Below, one piece after another: positions 25,339 through 36,727 of a stretch of DNA of 64,000 bases; positions within the stretch are counted from its first letter, which is position 1; every line of letters begins with the position of its first letter. The position numbers and the translations under genes are program-made. Source of the DNA: Neodothiora populina (taxonomy: Eukaryota); contig NW_027191419.1 in assembly GCF_041146345.1 (NCBI RefSeq), positions 434,001-498,000 of the forward strand. Reading direction: 5' to 3'. The notes beneath the pieces are model-generated. The model saw only the letters and a list, made by a program, of their open reading frames with translations, was not told the origin of the DNA and searched no databases.

Positions 25339-26535
25339 ATGTTAGACCAACGTGATGAGCCCCCAAATGCTTTCGATCATCCAGTTCCTCCATGGGTCTC
25401 ATCAGCCTTGTCAGCTTCAGCTTCAGCGTCGGCCTCGGCCGCTTCTGCAACTGCTCTAGCCAGCGCCTCAGCTTCAAGCGAAGATGACAGGGGAGCATCA
25501 GAGAGTGAGACGAGCAGTGAGACGAGCAGCGTGCCCGCCACATATGAGGTAGCAACGAGTCCCACAACATTGATAACCAGCGTGTCTCTAGGCAGCTCCA
25601 GTATCGATTTGCTTGTCTCGTCGGCTAGCATGTTACCTCAGGCAGCAGCCATCACGGGATCATCCACGCCAGATAGTTACGTGCCCACGTCCACTGGTAG
25701 CTTCGCGCCTGATTTTGCATCTTATACTAGCGCTGGATATCCAAAGTCTGAGCCAGGACCCACGCAAGCATATGAGTCCTTGACGTCCAATTCGAAAGCA
25801 TCATCCGCCACTTCGTATCAGTCTACGGCCCAGGCTTCGGCCATTCCTAATGGCTCTTCAATCACCAGTAACAGACATGCTTTTGATGGAGCTATCTTGG
25901 CCGCGATAATTGTTCCGATAGTCGCCGTCTTAGCCGTTGGTCTTGCTTTACTGCTCTGTATCCGACGTCGAAGACGCGCTCGAGCTGCTACCCTCAAGCC
26001 CATCACCGAGGGTCGAGCTGAGGTGTTCACCAAGCGAAGTCCGTCGGCAGCGACGAGCGTCGAGGTGCGCCAGGTCACACCGCCTCAACCTCATCTCATT
26101 ACGTCTCCTCAGAACACCACCTACTACACTGGCCTCGAGACCATGTCCATGATGTCGGCAGAACCTGCCGCACCCACGAATGACGATCCTCCACCTCCTT
26201 ATCGTACACGTAGCGATGCCACCCCTCGACCAGCGTCTGTCAGATCCGCAGATACTGCCGTGTCCCATTTTCAACCTGCACTGCATGCTTTCGAGAGACC
26301 ATTGTCACCCCTAGACAGCAGCATCGTCGCGGAGAGATCGCCGTTCGACGATCCACCAAGCCCTATGCGGAGCAATTCGATGTCGAGATCTATCACAAGC
26401 ACGCTATACTCTAGCAACGCCAGCTTGGTGGAGGCGAGACCCATGCGCACGAGTGTAGGCGGGCCATTCATGGTGGATATGGATGTACGGTCGCCGTTCG
26501 CGGACCCAGAGAGCGGACCTAATCAGCACCGATGA
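25339..26535 (+). CDS. Ser/Thr-rich single-pass membrane protein (Mid2/Wsc-like topology) with a cytosolic PPxY motif
   Basis: S/T/A-rich N-terminal half, TM AILAAIIVPIVAVLAVGLALLLCI, then RRRRR, with DPPPPY and SPFDDP/SPFADP in the tail. The start is uncertain because there is no clear signal peptide. Confidence 0.75.
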   Translation: MLDQRDEPPNAFDHPVPPWVSSALSASASASASAASATALASASASSEDDRGASESETSSETSSVPATYEVATSPTTLITSVSLGSSSIDLLVSSASMLPQAAAITGSSTPDSYVPTSTGSFAPDFASYTSAGYPKSEPGPTQAYESLTSNSKASSATSYQSTAQASAIPNGSSITSNRHAFDGAILAAIIVPIVAVLAVGLALLLCIRRRRRARAATLKPITEGRAEVFTKRSPSAATSVEVRQVTPPQPHLITSPQNTTYYTGLETMSMMSAEPAAPTNDDPPPPYRTRSDATPRPASVRSADTAVSHFQPALHAFERPLSPLDSSIVAERSPFDDPPSPMRSNSMSRSITSTLYSSNASLVEARPMRTSVGGPFMVDMDVRSPFADPESGPNQHR

Positions 26536-27128
26536 TAGGAAAATGGGCTTGAGATGCATTAATCCTTCTCCGACTTCGCTTTCGTTCTTTTTCTCTTCGT
26601 GTCTTACCGTTATGAGACGACAGACAGCACTACGCTTACCCGCTAAGGAAAGGGCAATGACAGGGTCTCCGTACAGCGATGGCGTTCTTGGACCTTTTTC
26701 CTTTTTTCCCGCTTCTGTAGCTTATCTACTATTCCGTGCAGAGGCTTATTGACTAGTTTGACATACCGTGACGGTGGCCAAAAATCCGCAAATATTCTTT
26801 CTAATTCACCTCGACCTTTCGAAATCGTCAGAAATAGTGTTTTGACTTGCTCTGTTATACATTATAGTGCTACCGATCAAAGAGGCCTTCTCTCCGCACA
26901 CTGATACACATGGTACTTCCGTTCCTACAATCATTCCATTTCCCACCACATTATACCACACAACTTCGAGCCCCATCATCATAACAGCCAGCATCGAAGT
27001 TCCAGTGAAACTCCCTGCGTTCCAACCCACGCCAGTTGTTCCACCCCAAACCCCCCATCAAGAGCTCTTGGAGTATATATATCACGTACCAACACAGTTT
27101 TTCACAAATCATTTATGATCAACCTCAT

Positions 27129-27215
27129 GGGATTTTGGTCTAGTGGTATGATTCTTGCTTTGGGTATCTCAATCACACATGCAAGAGGTCCTTGGTTCGA
27201 TTCCGAGAAGTCCCC
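27129..27215 (+). tRNA. tRNA-Pro (anticodon TGG) with a 15-nt intron
   Basis: Acceptor stem GGGATTT/AAGTCCC, D-arm TGGTCTAGTGGTATGATT, anticodon arm CTTGC-TTTGGG[intron 27165-27179]T-GCAAG, T-arm CTTGG-TTCGATT-CCGAG, followed by a T-rich Pol III terminator. Confidence 0.95.
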
Positions 27216-27652
27216 TCTCTTTTTCTTTTCGCTTGCTTATGATTTCCTGGTGGAAATGGAAGATGGGGAAATGGACTTGATGCTCTGTCGCGAATATTCT
27301 GTTTTTTTTCGGTTCCGGGCCGGTGAGGGGGGGCTTTTGTTCTTTGGTTGGTCTTGGGGTATCAGTAGTCAAGTGCTGCTTGGATAGATACGAGTATGCG
27401 TTTGCTGGTATGATACTGTAGGAAAGTATACGCGAAGGAGAATCCCCAGGAGTCTTGTCTGCACTGCTGCTACTGCTGCGGCGGTCCTCCTCTGCTGTTG
27501 TGATGATGGATAAGACATGTACAACACTGCTTGAAGACTTGCTATCGACATATACCCTGCATATCTACCAGCAAACACAATTTGCATGGTCATTCTGACC
27601 GCCGTCAAGATCGCCAAGACGATAGACAGTATGTACAAAAAAAATCGGGCAT

Positions 27653-29477
27653 CTACAGCTTCGCGCCCTTGGCCTTCAGGCGCTTCTCCCTGTCTTGATC
27701 CCGAATCAGTCTCCTAAGGATCTTGCCGCTTGGACTCTTGGGCACGATGTCGATGAACTCAATGCCGCCTTTGAGCCACTTGGGCTTCGATTTGTGTTTT
27801 TCCACATGTTTTGCGATTTCGCGAGCGATCACACGGTCGGAATCCTCTAGCCCGACTGATTCGGATTTGACGACGAATGCTTTGGGGACTTCTCCTTCGG
27901 CGTCTGAGGGCACTCCGATCACGACGCAGTCGTTGACTGCTGGGTGCGTTAGCAGGTGCGCTTCTAGTTCCGCGGGCGCTACTTGATGTCCCTGTGCGAG
28001 TTGTCGTTAGTGATTTGTGAAGAAATTGTAAGTCCTCAATGAAGAAGAAACTCACCTTGACCTTGATCAGTTCCTTCAGCCTGTCGACTATGAAAATGTG
28101 CTCATGGCCGGATTTGGGATGCTTCTTTATGATCACTTCGTCGCCTGTCCTCAGGAACCCATCTACGAAGGTTTCTCTCGTTGCTCTTGAGTTGTCCAGA
28201 TAGCCCAGTGTTATCGAGGGACCCTTGACCCACAGCTCGCCAGGCGTGTCATGATCTTCGACGTCCATGCCATCAGGTGTAACCACTCGCGCTACATCGC
28301 CTGGCTGCAAACTGCCGGACGAACCGAAGAAAACATCCTGAGGACTAGTCATGCATGTGACAGTCGCAGACTCCGTCATTCCATAGCCTTGAGTGATGTC
28401 CCACTTTGGAAAGATGGACTGCAGGTCTTCGGCAGTCTCTGACCCCAGGGGCGCCGCGCCTGTGAACACGGCTCTCACACTGGAAAGATCGTACTTGCTC
28501 ATTTTCGTCTTCGATTTCGTCATCTGGATGATGATCGGTGGGACGAGGTACAAGAAATTGATCTTGAACCTCTGGATTGCGTCCAGAAACGTGTGGAAGT
28601 CGAATTTCGGTAAGATCACAACGCCATCGCCTCTGTACGCCGCCAAGTGGGCTATCACAACTAGCCCGTAGATATGGCTCAATGGTAGAAGACCAAGCAC
28701 ATATTCTGTGTAATCGGATTGATTACGAGGATCCTTCAAAGTCTCGCGATACACCGAGTCGAAGGTACGCATCTGAAGCACGTTCGCTATCACGTTTCGA
28801 TGAGAGATCATCACACCTTTGGGCAACCCTGATGTGCCTGAACTGTAGCACAAGAATGCAGTTCTTCGCGCTCCTTCGCCCTTGGTCCAGTTCAGCTCTT
28901 CCAATTTTGGCAGCCTTGCGCCATGTTTGATGAGATCATCGACGGTCTTGTGGGATTTCACAGCATCGCCAGCGTTTTCAAAGTCCGGAGTCACCAAGAG
29001 ATATACTCGTTCTTTTGCGATTCCCGCCTTGCTGGCAGCTTCTAGAGCCAAAGGTAGAAGGGATGCGCAAGTGAACAAGCAAGTCGCCTTCGAACTTCGT
29101 AGCTGGTAGAGAAGCTCTGGTCCCGAATATGCCGCATTGGCTGGCGTTTGGATGCCACCAATGCGATGGGTTGCCCATGCCAGAGTCAAAGTATCAATCG
29201 TGTTGACGCTGAAGAGACCGATGACCTTGTCAAATTCGGTTCCCTCATTTGGGTGAAATCCAAGTTCAGCACTCAATCCCCTCGCTAAGAAGTCGACACG
29301 TTCCTTGACCTCGAGCGCGCTGTACGCCTTGCCCGTGATTCCGCATGTGAACGGGGGGTTCGAGTATCCAAGAGGATAGCGGTCATAGTTCTCATCGAGC
29401 ATAAACCTCTCAACGGATATCGAGTCCGGCGGATCGAACGGTAGTTTGGGCACCCATGACGGCGGATAGAATGGCAT
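27653..29477 (-). CDS. Peroxisomal AMP-binding acyl/aryl-CoA ligase (4-coumarate/phenylacetyl-CoA ligase-like), PTS1 AKL
   Basis: YSSGTSGLPKG AMP-binding motif, QGYGMTE, FLRTGD, DRLKELIKVK|GHQVAPAELE across intron 27992-28055, PKSPSGKILRR, C-terminal -AKL. Confidence 0.92.
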
Positions 29478-29590
29478 CTTTGATGCAGTAACGCTTGTTC
29501 ATAGAACACCGTAGACTTGTGTGGTGTTTGAATGTCGAGAAGAACAATACCGAGTCATCTTCGACTGCTTCCGAAGGAAAATGTGGGTTG

Positions 29591-29774
29591 CCTCGGCCTG
29601 CCGGATATCCAGTCTGGACGAGTATCATGCTTGAACCATGCTCTCTTGCTAGACCGGGGCTTTCGTAGCGGGGTAGTCGACCAAAACGTACAAATTTACG
29701 GTGTGGTATGAACTACCGTCTGGCACGAGTGGACAAGGTGGGGTATGAATGTGGGGAGCAGAGCCGCCGTGGGG
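29591..29774. promoter_or_regulatory. Five SYGGRG (CreA/Mig1-type) sites and one CCTCGG (FarA/FarB-type) site upstream of the acyl-CoA ligase
   Basis: CCTCGG 29591-29596; CCGGGG 29654; GCGGGG 29668; GTGGGG 29738, 29751 and 29769. Motif matches only. Confidence 0.5.
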
Positions 29775-30981
29775 TAGCTGTAGCCGTCTTCATACCGTGC
29801 ATGTGGATCGCTACCAGTGAGTAGCCATATACCCGGACTGAGCTCCGCACTTGAGATGGTATCATCACTTGAAAGCTGGCGCTGCCAAAATGCTTTGTGA
29901 CGAGCTAAATAATCTGTCGTCGGCGTACGTATTTGTGGCTAGGTTCGTCTTTTGCTGAGACTCGAAATCGTCTCTTCATATGTCGACCAATCTTGCTTGC
30001 AGGCGAGCTTGATGTGTGTATACAACTGGATACTAATATCATCAGGCATATGAAAGGGCACCGAGACAGAAACATCAAGACCTCAGTGATGCTCTCATGA
30101 TCCAATGATGCACCGAGATCCAGAGCTGAAGTGAGAAGCATTCAGATGTGACCATTGGTTTGCTCCTCAATTGAAAGATAGATGAGTGAAAGGCATAATC
30201 TATCTTGAATCAGTCATTTCAAAAAAGCTTTCAGTGCAAGAAAGAGAAAGATAGAATCGCAATACTTTCTCCTGATTCCAGGTGCTCAGATATCGCAAAC
30301 TTCGTCACTTCATCAAACGTTCCTGGCTGCCTATTTCGACATAAAAGTAGAGGAGCGTGTCCTCCTTCAACATACTTCCTCAACATGCTCCCTCATACCG
30401 TCCTGGTCCGTGCGCACGGGCACTCATGTCAGCTGGGCAATACTGCTCCTTCCTACTATATACAAGATGTGCTCTGAACAGGGAGTCTCCAGGGCGCGTC
30501 ACCGAGTCGCGTGTGACTTGTGAGTATCACGAGATCTTCTGCTACGCGGTATGTCGCACTAACATGATCTTGTAGTACAAAGTCCATATATTCACGAGTT
30601 ACGATACTCGTCATAAGCTATATATCTCTCTTCATCATTTCACACGTGGTATCGATACCCACTACCACGTGGACGTGGATATAGACAGCGAGTGAAGGAG
30701 CTCGGACCTGAGCCTTTGAATCGGAAGGTGCTCGTCGCTGCCTATTCAAATGCCCTTTTGTGGAGGCCATCCATCTCACCTTTTCTCCAGTCACCTCACT
30801 CCTCAGCAAGAGTTTGTATGAGGGCAGGCTCTGGTATAGCTCGCAATTGCATTATTCACCCGTCATTCTTTGCAGGCCATATAACAAACCCCTTCCTTTA
30901 AGCCACTCATCTGCTGGAGGTTTGCTCCTGACAAGTTTCCCAAGTCGCGGAGCAGGTGGCTCTATATAGCGACTGTGCCTC

Positions 30982-33900
30982 ATGGTGTCACAGAACACGA
31001 GGCAACGATCTAGCAGCATACTTCCGGATTCCGGGCGTCTTGCAGGCAGTGGTATGATGAGCAATACTGCTTCATCTTGTTCTTTGGACTCTGCTAACCC
31101 CTGTTCAGGACGGCAGCTACGCTCTGCTGCTGGCAACGCCACTGCCTCAGTATATCAAAGTTCATCAGTGATGAGCTCACTAATGGATCAGTCTTTCCGC
31201 TCTTGCATCGCGACTCAAGAAAGCGCAGCAAGCTCTGCTCCAACATCCGATCTCTCTGGATTTGACGCTGCAAATGCTTTCACATTTATCCCCACCCCTG
31301 TAGCTCCATATATCGCTCCTGTAGTAACACAGCCTCTTATTCCTCTAATGACTCAGCCTGGTCCATTGCACATGGTACTACCTGATGGACCCGTCGTTAC
31401 TAGAGGCGACTTTTTACTTCGTCGCTCTGCCCGTGCGATCAAGAAACCCATCCCCTTTGATGAAGTCACTCCTAAGGGTCCCACCGATAGCACTAAGACG
31501 AAGGCAGCCTTGAAACGGAAGTCTTTGGCAACGAAGAGTGATGTGCCTGTTCAATCCTCCAAGAAGCGACGCATAGACTCCCCACTACCCGACACTGCTA
31601 TTGCAGCTATGCCAGAGACGAAGCCTGGACCGGGAACGACAACAGTCGATGAAGAGGTCTTGCATAACCGTCCAGTCGACTCCATGCTCAGAAAGAGGCG
31701 AAGCAGACTCGTAACTGGAGTAGCTACTTCCGATGTAATCTCATCCACTAGCACCTTCCATGTAGAGGGACGGTCCCTTGAGAACCAAACACGCCTAACA
31801 AACATCGGCTCTGATACTCAGTCTATGAACTGGCCAATCAGCTCACCAGAGGGAGCATTAATCTCTAATGGTCAAGTCAACGAAAGTCCGGTACCTGACT
31901 TCCCCGTCAATACCGAAGACAACGGGATTGTACATGGCTTCACCGCCGTCACCGAAGTCAACGGGAAAAAACCTCCTGTAAAAATGGATAATATCAGCCA
32001 TGGTCATCCCAGCTTGATTCTTCCACCCACTCAGCCTACACAACCTGTATCGCCCATTCCTATCTATGCAGTTGAGCAACGCGCGGAAATCCCTGAGAAT
32101 CATGAGGGCACAATGACCAATTCCAACCCTATGTCTATCGAATCTGGAAGATCCTACCTTACAGAAGCGCTAAAACCATCGCATGTAGCCATCCTCAGAC
32201 TCAGACCAGAAACACTACAAGATGCAGAAGCGAAACGGCGTGAAAATGAGGTGCTCAGGAGCCTTGCAGAAAGGCTTATGCTGAAGACTTCTGCCGACCA
32301 AAAGCCTGCACCACTGGGTAAACCTATAATCTGGGCATCGGATCGCCAACCACTCTGTGAAACATTGCCATACTACCGCGCTTACCAAGGTGCGTGCTAT
32401 ATGAGTCAAGGACTTGTCCGTAGCATGATGTTCGACGAGAATGGACAAGGTCAGGATTTCATGGATGCAGATGTCATCGTATCCAGAGCGGGAGGTGGCA
32501 TGGCACGAGACAAAGCTGGTACCATGATCCAAGTCAAAAGTCAAGGCGAGAACGCGCAGATTCGATCTATGCGTAACAACATGTTGCATGAGATCCCTAT
32601 CGTTGTCATCTGTGGACAGAAAAACATGGCTTGTCCAAGTAACATGCCACATCGATATTGTGTGCTTGGGTTCTTCAAATTGACCGATATGATTGTCACT
32701 ATGAGTTCCAAAGCGAACCAGAAGATCATTCTGTTCCGCTTCGAGAAACTCAATTCCGATAAAAAGGGATGGTGGAGTCCGACAAATGTCGAACCAATTG
32801 TACCACTTGGGGGACTCGGAAACCCACAAACGCTGACCTGTCCCTGTTGTGGAATCTCACAGGAGCATGTGTATATGACGTGGATGTGTCTCAACCCCGC
32901 TTGCCGGTTTTACTGGAAGACTGTCCGAGGAGACGCACCCAAAGACTTGGACATCGAGTGCTTCCATCCTCAGTGGCTGAAGAAGAGAACGCGCTGGGCA
33001 AACGAGGACGACCCTTTCGACCTACGTCTCTCGGATTTGACATGCCAGGCCAACCTAGACGCCTTGTATCCTCACAGTGTCATACGTGGATTGTGTTGTC
33101 CGAAATGTGGCCAGTGTATATCACGCTACAAATATGAGGGATGGGTGTGTAGTAGCAAAGGACCTGGAGACAAGTGTGACGAAAATGAAAGCAAATGCGA
33201 CTTCAGTCACACGCCGGCGGCAAAGTCGCTACCTTCCTGTTTGATGCGGGATCTGACGAGAGTGATAGGCAGAGGCCAACCTATCTCCTACGATACCGCT
33301 CAAGGTCACATCAAGATGGATCACAAGTACGAGTTCAGCCACCGAATCAACCGCTTCACGCTTCCTGGTCTGGAGGACGAGGTCATAGTGCACATGATCG
33401 CAAACCAGAAAGTCCTTGAAGAGATCCGAGGACCCGATGCGATGCTAGATGCAATGCAGCATGAAGACATAGGTCTCGAACGCAGGACCTTAGGATCATT
33501 TGGTCGAATGTCAGCTTTCTCTGTCAATCATGGTTACCCTTACAAGTTCGTGGCCGCAGTTGAAAGTCGTCCGTTCGAAGGCACATCGTGGGTCATCACA
33601 GAGACACGAACTCAGCTGAACTTTTTTGCTAAGCTGGCTCTGCAAGACCAATTCCCCGACAAAGCCTTCAACGAATTGCTGACTTTTTGCTACCTCGAAG
33701 GACAAAAGATCAAGTACCACGATGATGGTGAGAGTGGACTTGGCCCAACCGTTGCTACCTATTCCTTAGGCGCACCAGCAGAGATGAAGTTCAGGATGAA
33801 GCGCAAGTATTACTGCGGCATCACAATGAAGACAGGAGAGGGCAAAGAAATAGACGAAGATGAAGAGGAGCATGCCGTTGCAGAGGATACCTCCGTGGAG

Positions 33901-34341
33901 ACGGGGACTAAGGGTACGAAAGAGGTCAAACCATCGAAGAGGCTCAGTGGGTTGGTTCCCTATTTCGTAGCTGAAAGGCCACTGCCATACACACTGGATT
34001 TTGACGCTCGGCTCAAAGCGTTTGAATCACTGCAAGGGCTTTCCCGCGAGAAAGTTGATCAAAGATGCCGTGAGCTTCCTCGGGAACTGCATCTGATTGG
34101 CAAGGGAAAGGGGACTGCTCCGCCACAAGCGATCAGCATTCACCTCGCGCATGGCGACAAGATCATCATGCACGGCGAGAAGATCCAAAAGTATTATGAG
34201 CATGAGGTCGAGCCAATGCAGGGCCACGGTGTAAGATTTGCCAACACTTGCAGAGAGATCCTCCCGAACCATCTGCCTCCGGCTATGCGGCCGGAAGTGC
34301 CTCCAGATGAAGGGACCTATGATGGGAGCAACTTGCAATGA
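30982..34341 (+). CDS. AlkB-like 2-oxoglutarate/Fe(II) dioxygenase with an upstream SRA/PUA-like domain and Cys-rich zinc-binding segments
   Basis: Intronless 1119-aa ORF. The C-terminal domain has FNELL..Y..GQKIKYHDDGE (HxD), PTVATYSLG, L.HGDKIIMHG..IQKYYEH (distal His) and RFANTCR. CPCC..C..C and CCPKC..C..C..C clusters. The region PIIWASDRQPLCETLPYYRAYQG...YCVLGFF...FRFEKL resembles SRA. Confidence 0.8.
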   Translation: MVSQNTRQRSSSILPDSGRLAGSGMMSNTASSCSLDSANPCSGRQLRSAAGNATASVYQSSSVMSSLMDQSFRSCIATQESAASSAPTSDLSGFDAANAFTFIPTPVAPYIAPVVTQPLIPLMTQPGPLHMVLPDGPVVTRGDFLLRRSARAIKKPIPFDEVTPKGPTDSTKTKAALKRKSLATKSDVPVQSSKKRRIDSPLPDTAIAAMPETKPGPGTTTVDEEVLHNRPVDSMLRKRRSRLVTGVATSDVISSTSTFHVEGRSLENQTRLTNIGSDTQSMNWPISSPEGALISNGQVNESPVPDFPVNTEDNGIVHGFTAVTEVNGKKPPVKMDNISHGHPSLILPPTQPTQPVSPIPIYAVEQRAEIPENHEGTMTNSNPMSIESGRSYLTEALKPSHVAILRLRPETLQDAEAKRRENEVLRSLAERLMLKTSADQKPAPLGKPIIWASDRQPLCETLPYYRAYQGACYMSQGLVRSMMFDENGQGQDFMDADVIVSRAGGGMARDKAGTMIQVKSQGENAQIRSMRNNMLHEIPIVVICGQKNMACPSNMPHRYCVLGFFKLTDMIVTMSSKANQKIILFRFEKLNSDKKGWWSPTNVEPIVPLGGLGNPQTLTCPCCGISQEHVYMTWMCLNPACRFYWKTVRGDAPKDLDIECFHPQWLKKRTRWANEDDPFDLRLSDLTCQANLDALYPHSVIRGLCCPKCGQCISRYKYEGWVCSSKGPGDKCDENESKCDFSHTPAAKSLPSCLMRDLTRVIGRGQPISYDTAQGHIKMDHKYEFSHRINRFTLPGLEDEVIVHMIANQKVLEEIRGPDAMLDAMQHEDIGLERRTLGSFGRMSAFSVNHGYPYKFVAAVESRPFEGTSWVITETRTQLNFFAKLALQDQFPDKAFNELLTFCYLEGQKIKYHDDGESGLGPTVATYSLGAPAEMKFRMKRKYYCGITMKTGEGKEIDEDEEEHAVAEDTSVETGTKGTKEVKPSKRLSGLVPYFVAERPLPYTLDFDARLKAFESLQGLSREKVDQRCRELPRELHLIGKGKGTAPPQAISIHLAHGDKIIMHGEKIQKYYEHEVEPMQGHGVRFANTCREILPNHLPPAMRPEVPPDEGTYDGSNLQ

Positions 34342-34947
34342 AACAATGGCGGCAACCTGAAGTGACTTCTCGAAGCAGTCTTTAATGAAGGATGGGAAGA
34401 ATGAATGACGGCAAGAATGAATAAGCATGGCTCTGATCTAACGATCCTACGGATACAAGCCATATGGTACGATTAATCGCGGAGGTAATGTCCGATAAGT
34501 GATGGCCTATATGGGCAAGGTCTCTTTTCTTTGATTCACTTGATGGAGGCCATGTAGCCTAGCTAGATTTCTAATGAACTTTCCACCACAGACTTCTTGG
34601 GTCACTTTTCTGTAATCATGTAGATTCTGACTCTGTGATCAGCACAAGTGTCTTCGATGAAGTGCTGGGATATATTATATGGTGATGTTGCATGGTGGTC
34701 GACTCATGCAAGTCGTGCGAGGGCTGATAGGCAATCATTCGCCCGATATGGTACTTCTCTTATCTATAACGCTGCATCAAGGTACATTAATCTACGACAA
34801 CACCTGACAGAGAAGATCACTTTGTTCCAGAGTACCAATACCTTCTATATCAGACTCCCATAAAGAAACAAGACCCATCAACCGAAGTCTCAATACTCGA
34901 GACTTTGGTCAAAACGCACAAGAAGAAACAACTATTCCCCCACCACC

Positions 34948-36727
34948 ATGTCCACCAGCAGCAACACCAGACCATCACCGCCGTCAACAGCAACCACATC
35001 CACCCTCCCATCCCCGAACCCGACAAAATCCTTCTGGCACGCCGAGCCCTCGCCTCTACTGCTAGGCCATCGCTCGACGCGAGAACTGCCCAAGAACGCC
35101 GATGTCGTGGTCATCGGAAGTGGTATCACCGGGGCGAGTGCGGCTTGGCATTTACTGAATGACAACGGCAAGCAAGAGGGGAGTGATTGTGGGGAGGGGT
35201 TCGCTGGACTCGATGTTGTTATGCTTGAGGCGAGGGAGGCTTGTTGGGGGGCTACGGGTCGGGTGAGTCCGTTTTCTTCTGGTTTTCGATCTTTATTCTC
35301 CTTTATGTTGCGTGAATGAGTGGCGAATGGTTTGGCGGAGTCAATGGTCTATCGATTCGGTTTCCATGGAAAGAGGTACTAGGCATATATACCTGGATAG
35401 CCATCTCTCCTGTGTGTCTTGAGGGAGGCTTTCGTGATACATGATCTCGAAGTCATCGCGTTTTCGTTTGATGATACTCGAAACCCAGCAAGCACTATGA
35501 GTAATTGATAGTGCAATACTGACAGCAAGTCAGAACGGCGGCCACTGCCAACCCATCATCTACCAACATGCCCAAGACCCAAGCATCGGACACTTTGAAC
35601 TAGCAAACCTCGAAGCCATCAAGTCCCTATGTCAGAAGCTAAACATCGACTGCGAACTCCACGTACAGCCTGGTGTGCGAGCTTTGTACTCTCAAGCGGA
35701 CGTCGACGCAGCCGCAGCCTCCCTCGAGTCTCTCGAGCGTCTCGATGCCGGACTGGCCAAGCACGCTCGTCTCGTGACTGATGCCAGCGAGCTTCAAGAC
35801 CTACGCATCCCCACCGCGACGGGCGCAATCGTCTCAGACACAGCTGCCAGACTCTGGCCGTATAAGTTCGTGGCGCACATCCTCGAAACACTACTGACGT
35901 CGCCCACCCTTCCCGGCGGCGGTGCATTCAATCTCCAAACCCACACGCCCGCGACATCCATCGACCCATCTCCTTCCACCCCACAATCATGGATCATCAC
36001 GACCCCCCGCGGAACAATCACCGCAAAGAAAGTAATCCTCGCCACAAACGCCTACACCTCCTACCTGCTACGCGACTACTCCGACCTAATCGTGCCCGTA
36101 CGAGGGCAAATGTCCTCCCTGCTCCCCCCACCGTCTCTATCTGGTCCAGCAAACCGCACCAAAACCTCCTTCGGCTTCCTCGGCCCAGCCCAAGACGACT
36201 ACCTAATCCAGCGCGACTCTCGACCCCGAGGCGGCGGCAGCGAACAGCTCCTATACGGCGGCGGGCGCAGCCAAGGCTTCAGCATGGGAGTATCAGACGA
36301 CAGCGCCATCGGGGCCGAGACAGCGGTCTATCTACGCACCGCACTCAATACTCTCCTTGGACTGGGCGGCGACAGCAAAGAGGAAATGACAGCCACGCAC
36401 GAGTGGACTGGCATCATGGGCTTTAGCCGCGACGACAAACCCTTCGTCGGACCGCTTCCGCATCGAGACGGGTTATTTCTCTCCGCGGGGTATACGGGGC
36501 ATGGAATGCCGAATGCGTGGTTGTGCGGGCGCGCGGTCGCGGGTATGGTGCTGGGGGTGTTGAGTGGTGGGAAGAGTACGGAGGGTGTCGTCGCTGATGC
36601 TGTAAGGGACGGGGGATTGCCGAGGGCGTATCTGCCGCATGAGGAGAGGGTGGCCGGTGCGAGGCTGGCGGATACGGTTGAGGTGCAGGATCGGTTGTGT
36701 GGTTATAAGGCTGAGTTCATGGAGTGA
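34948..36727 (+). CDS. FAD-dependent oxidoreductase (DAO/glycine oxidase/PuuB-like family)
   Basis: DVVVIGSGITG Rossmann motif; EAREACWGATGR|NGGH across intron 35263-35533; VILATNAYT, IVPVRGQ, WTGIMGFSRD.KPFVG, AGYTGHGM. Confidence 0.9.

Noticed and set aside
26867..27387. ORFs around and over the tRNA
   Set aside because: Low-complexity translations that overlap or flank tRNA-Pro and its T-rich terminator.
35263..35533. 271-nt intron examined as a snoRNA host
   Set aside because: No convincing C/D pair with an rRNA-complementary guide and no H/ACA layout; only a short hairpin before the branch point.
27653..36727. Acyl-CoA ligase, 2OG dioxygenase and FAD oxidoreductase as a secondary-metabolite cluster
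   Set aside because: There is no PKS, NRPS or terpene backbone gene and no transporter. The dioxygenase is AlkB-type with nuclear features, and the neighbours are housekeeping genes.
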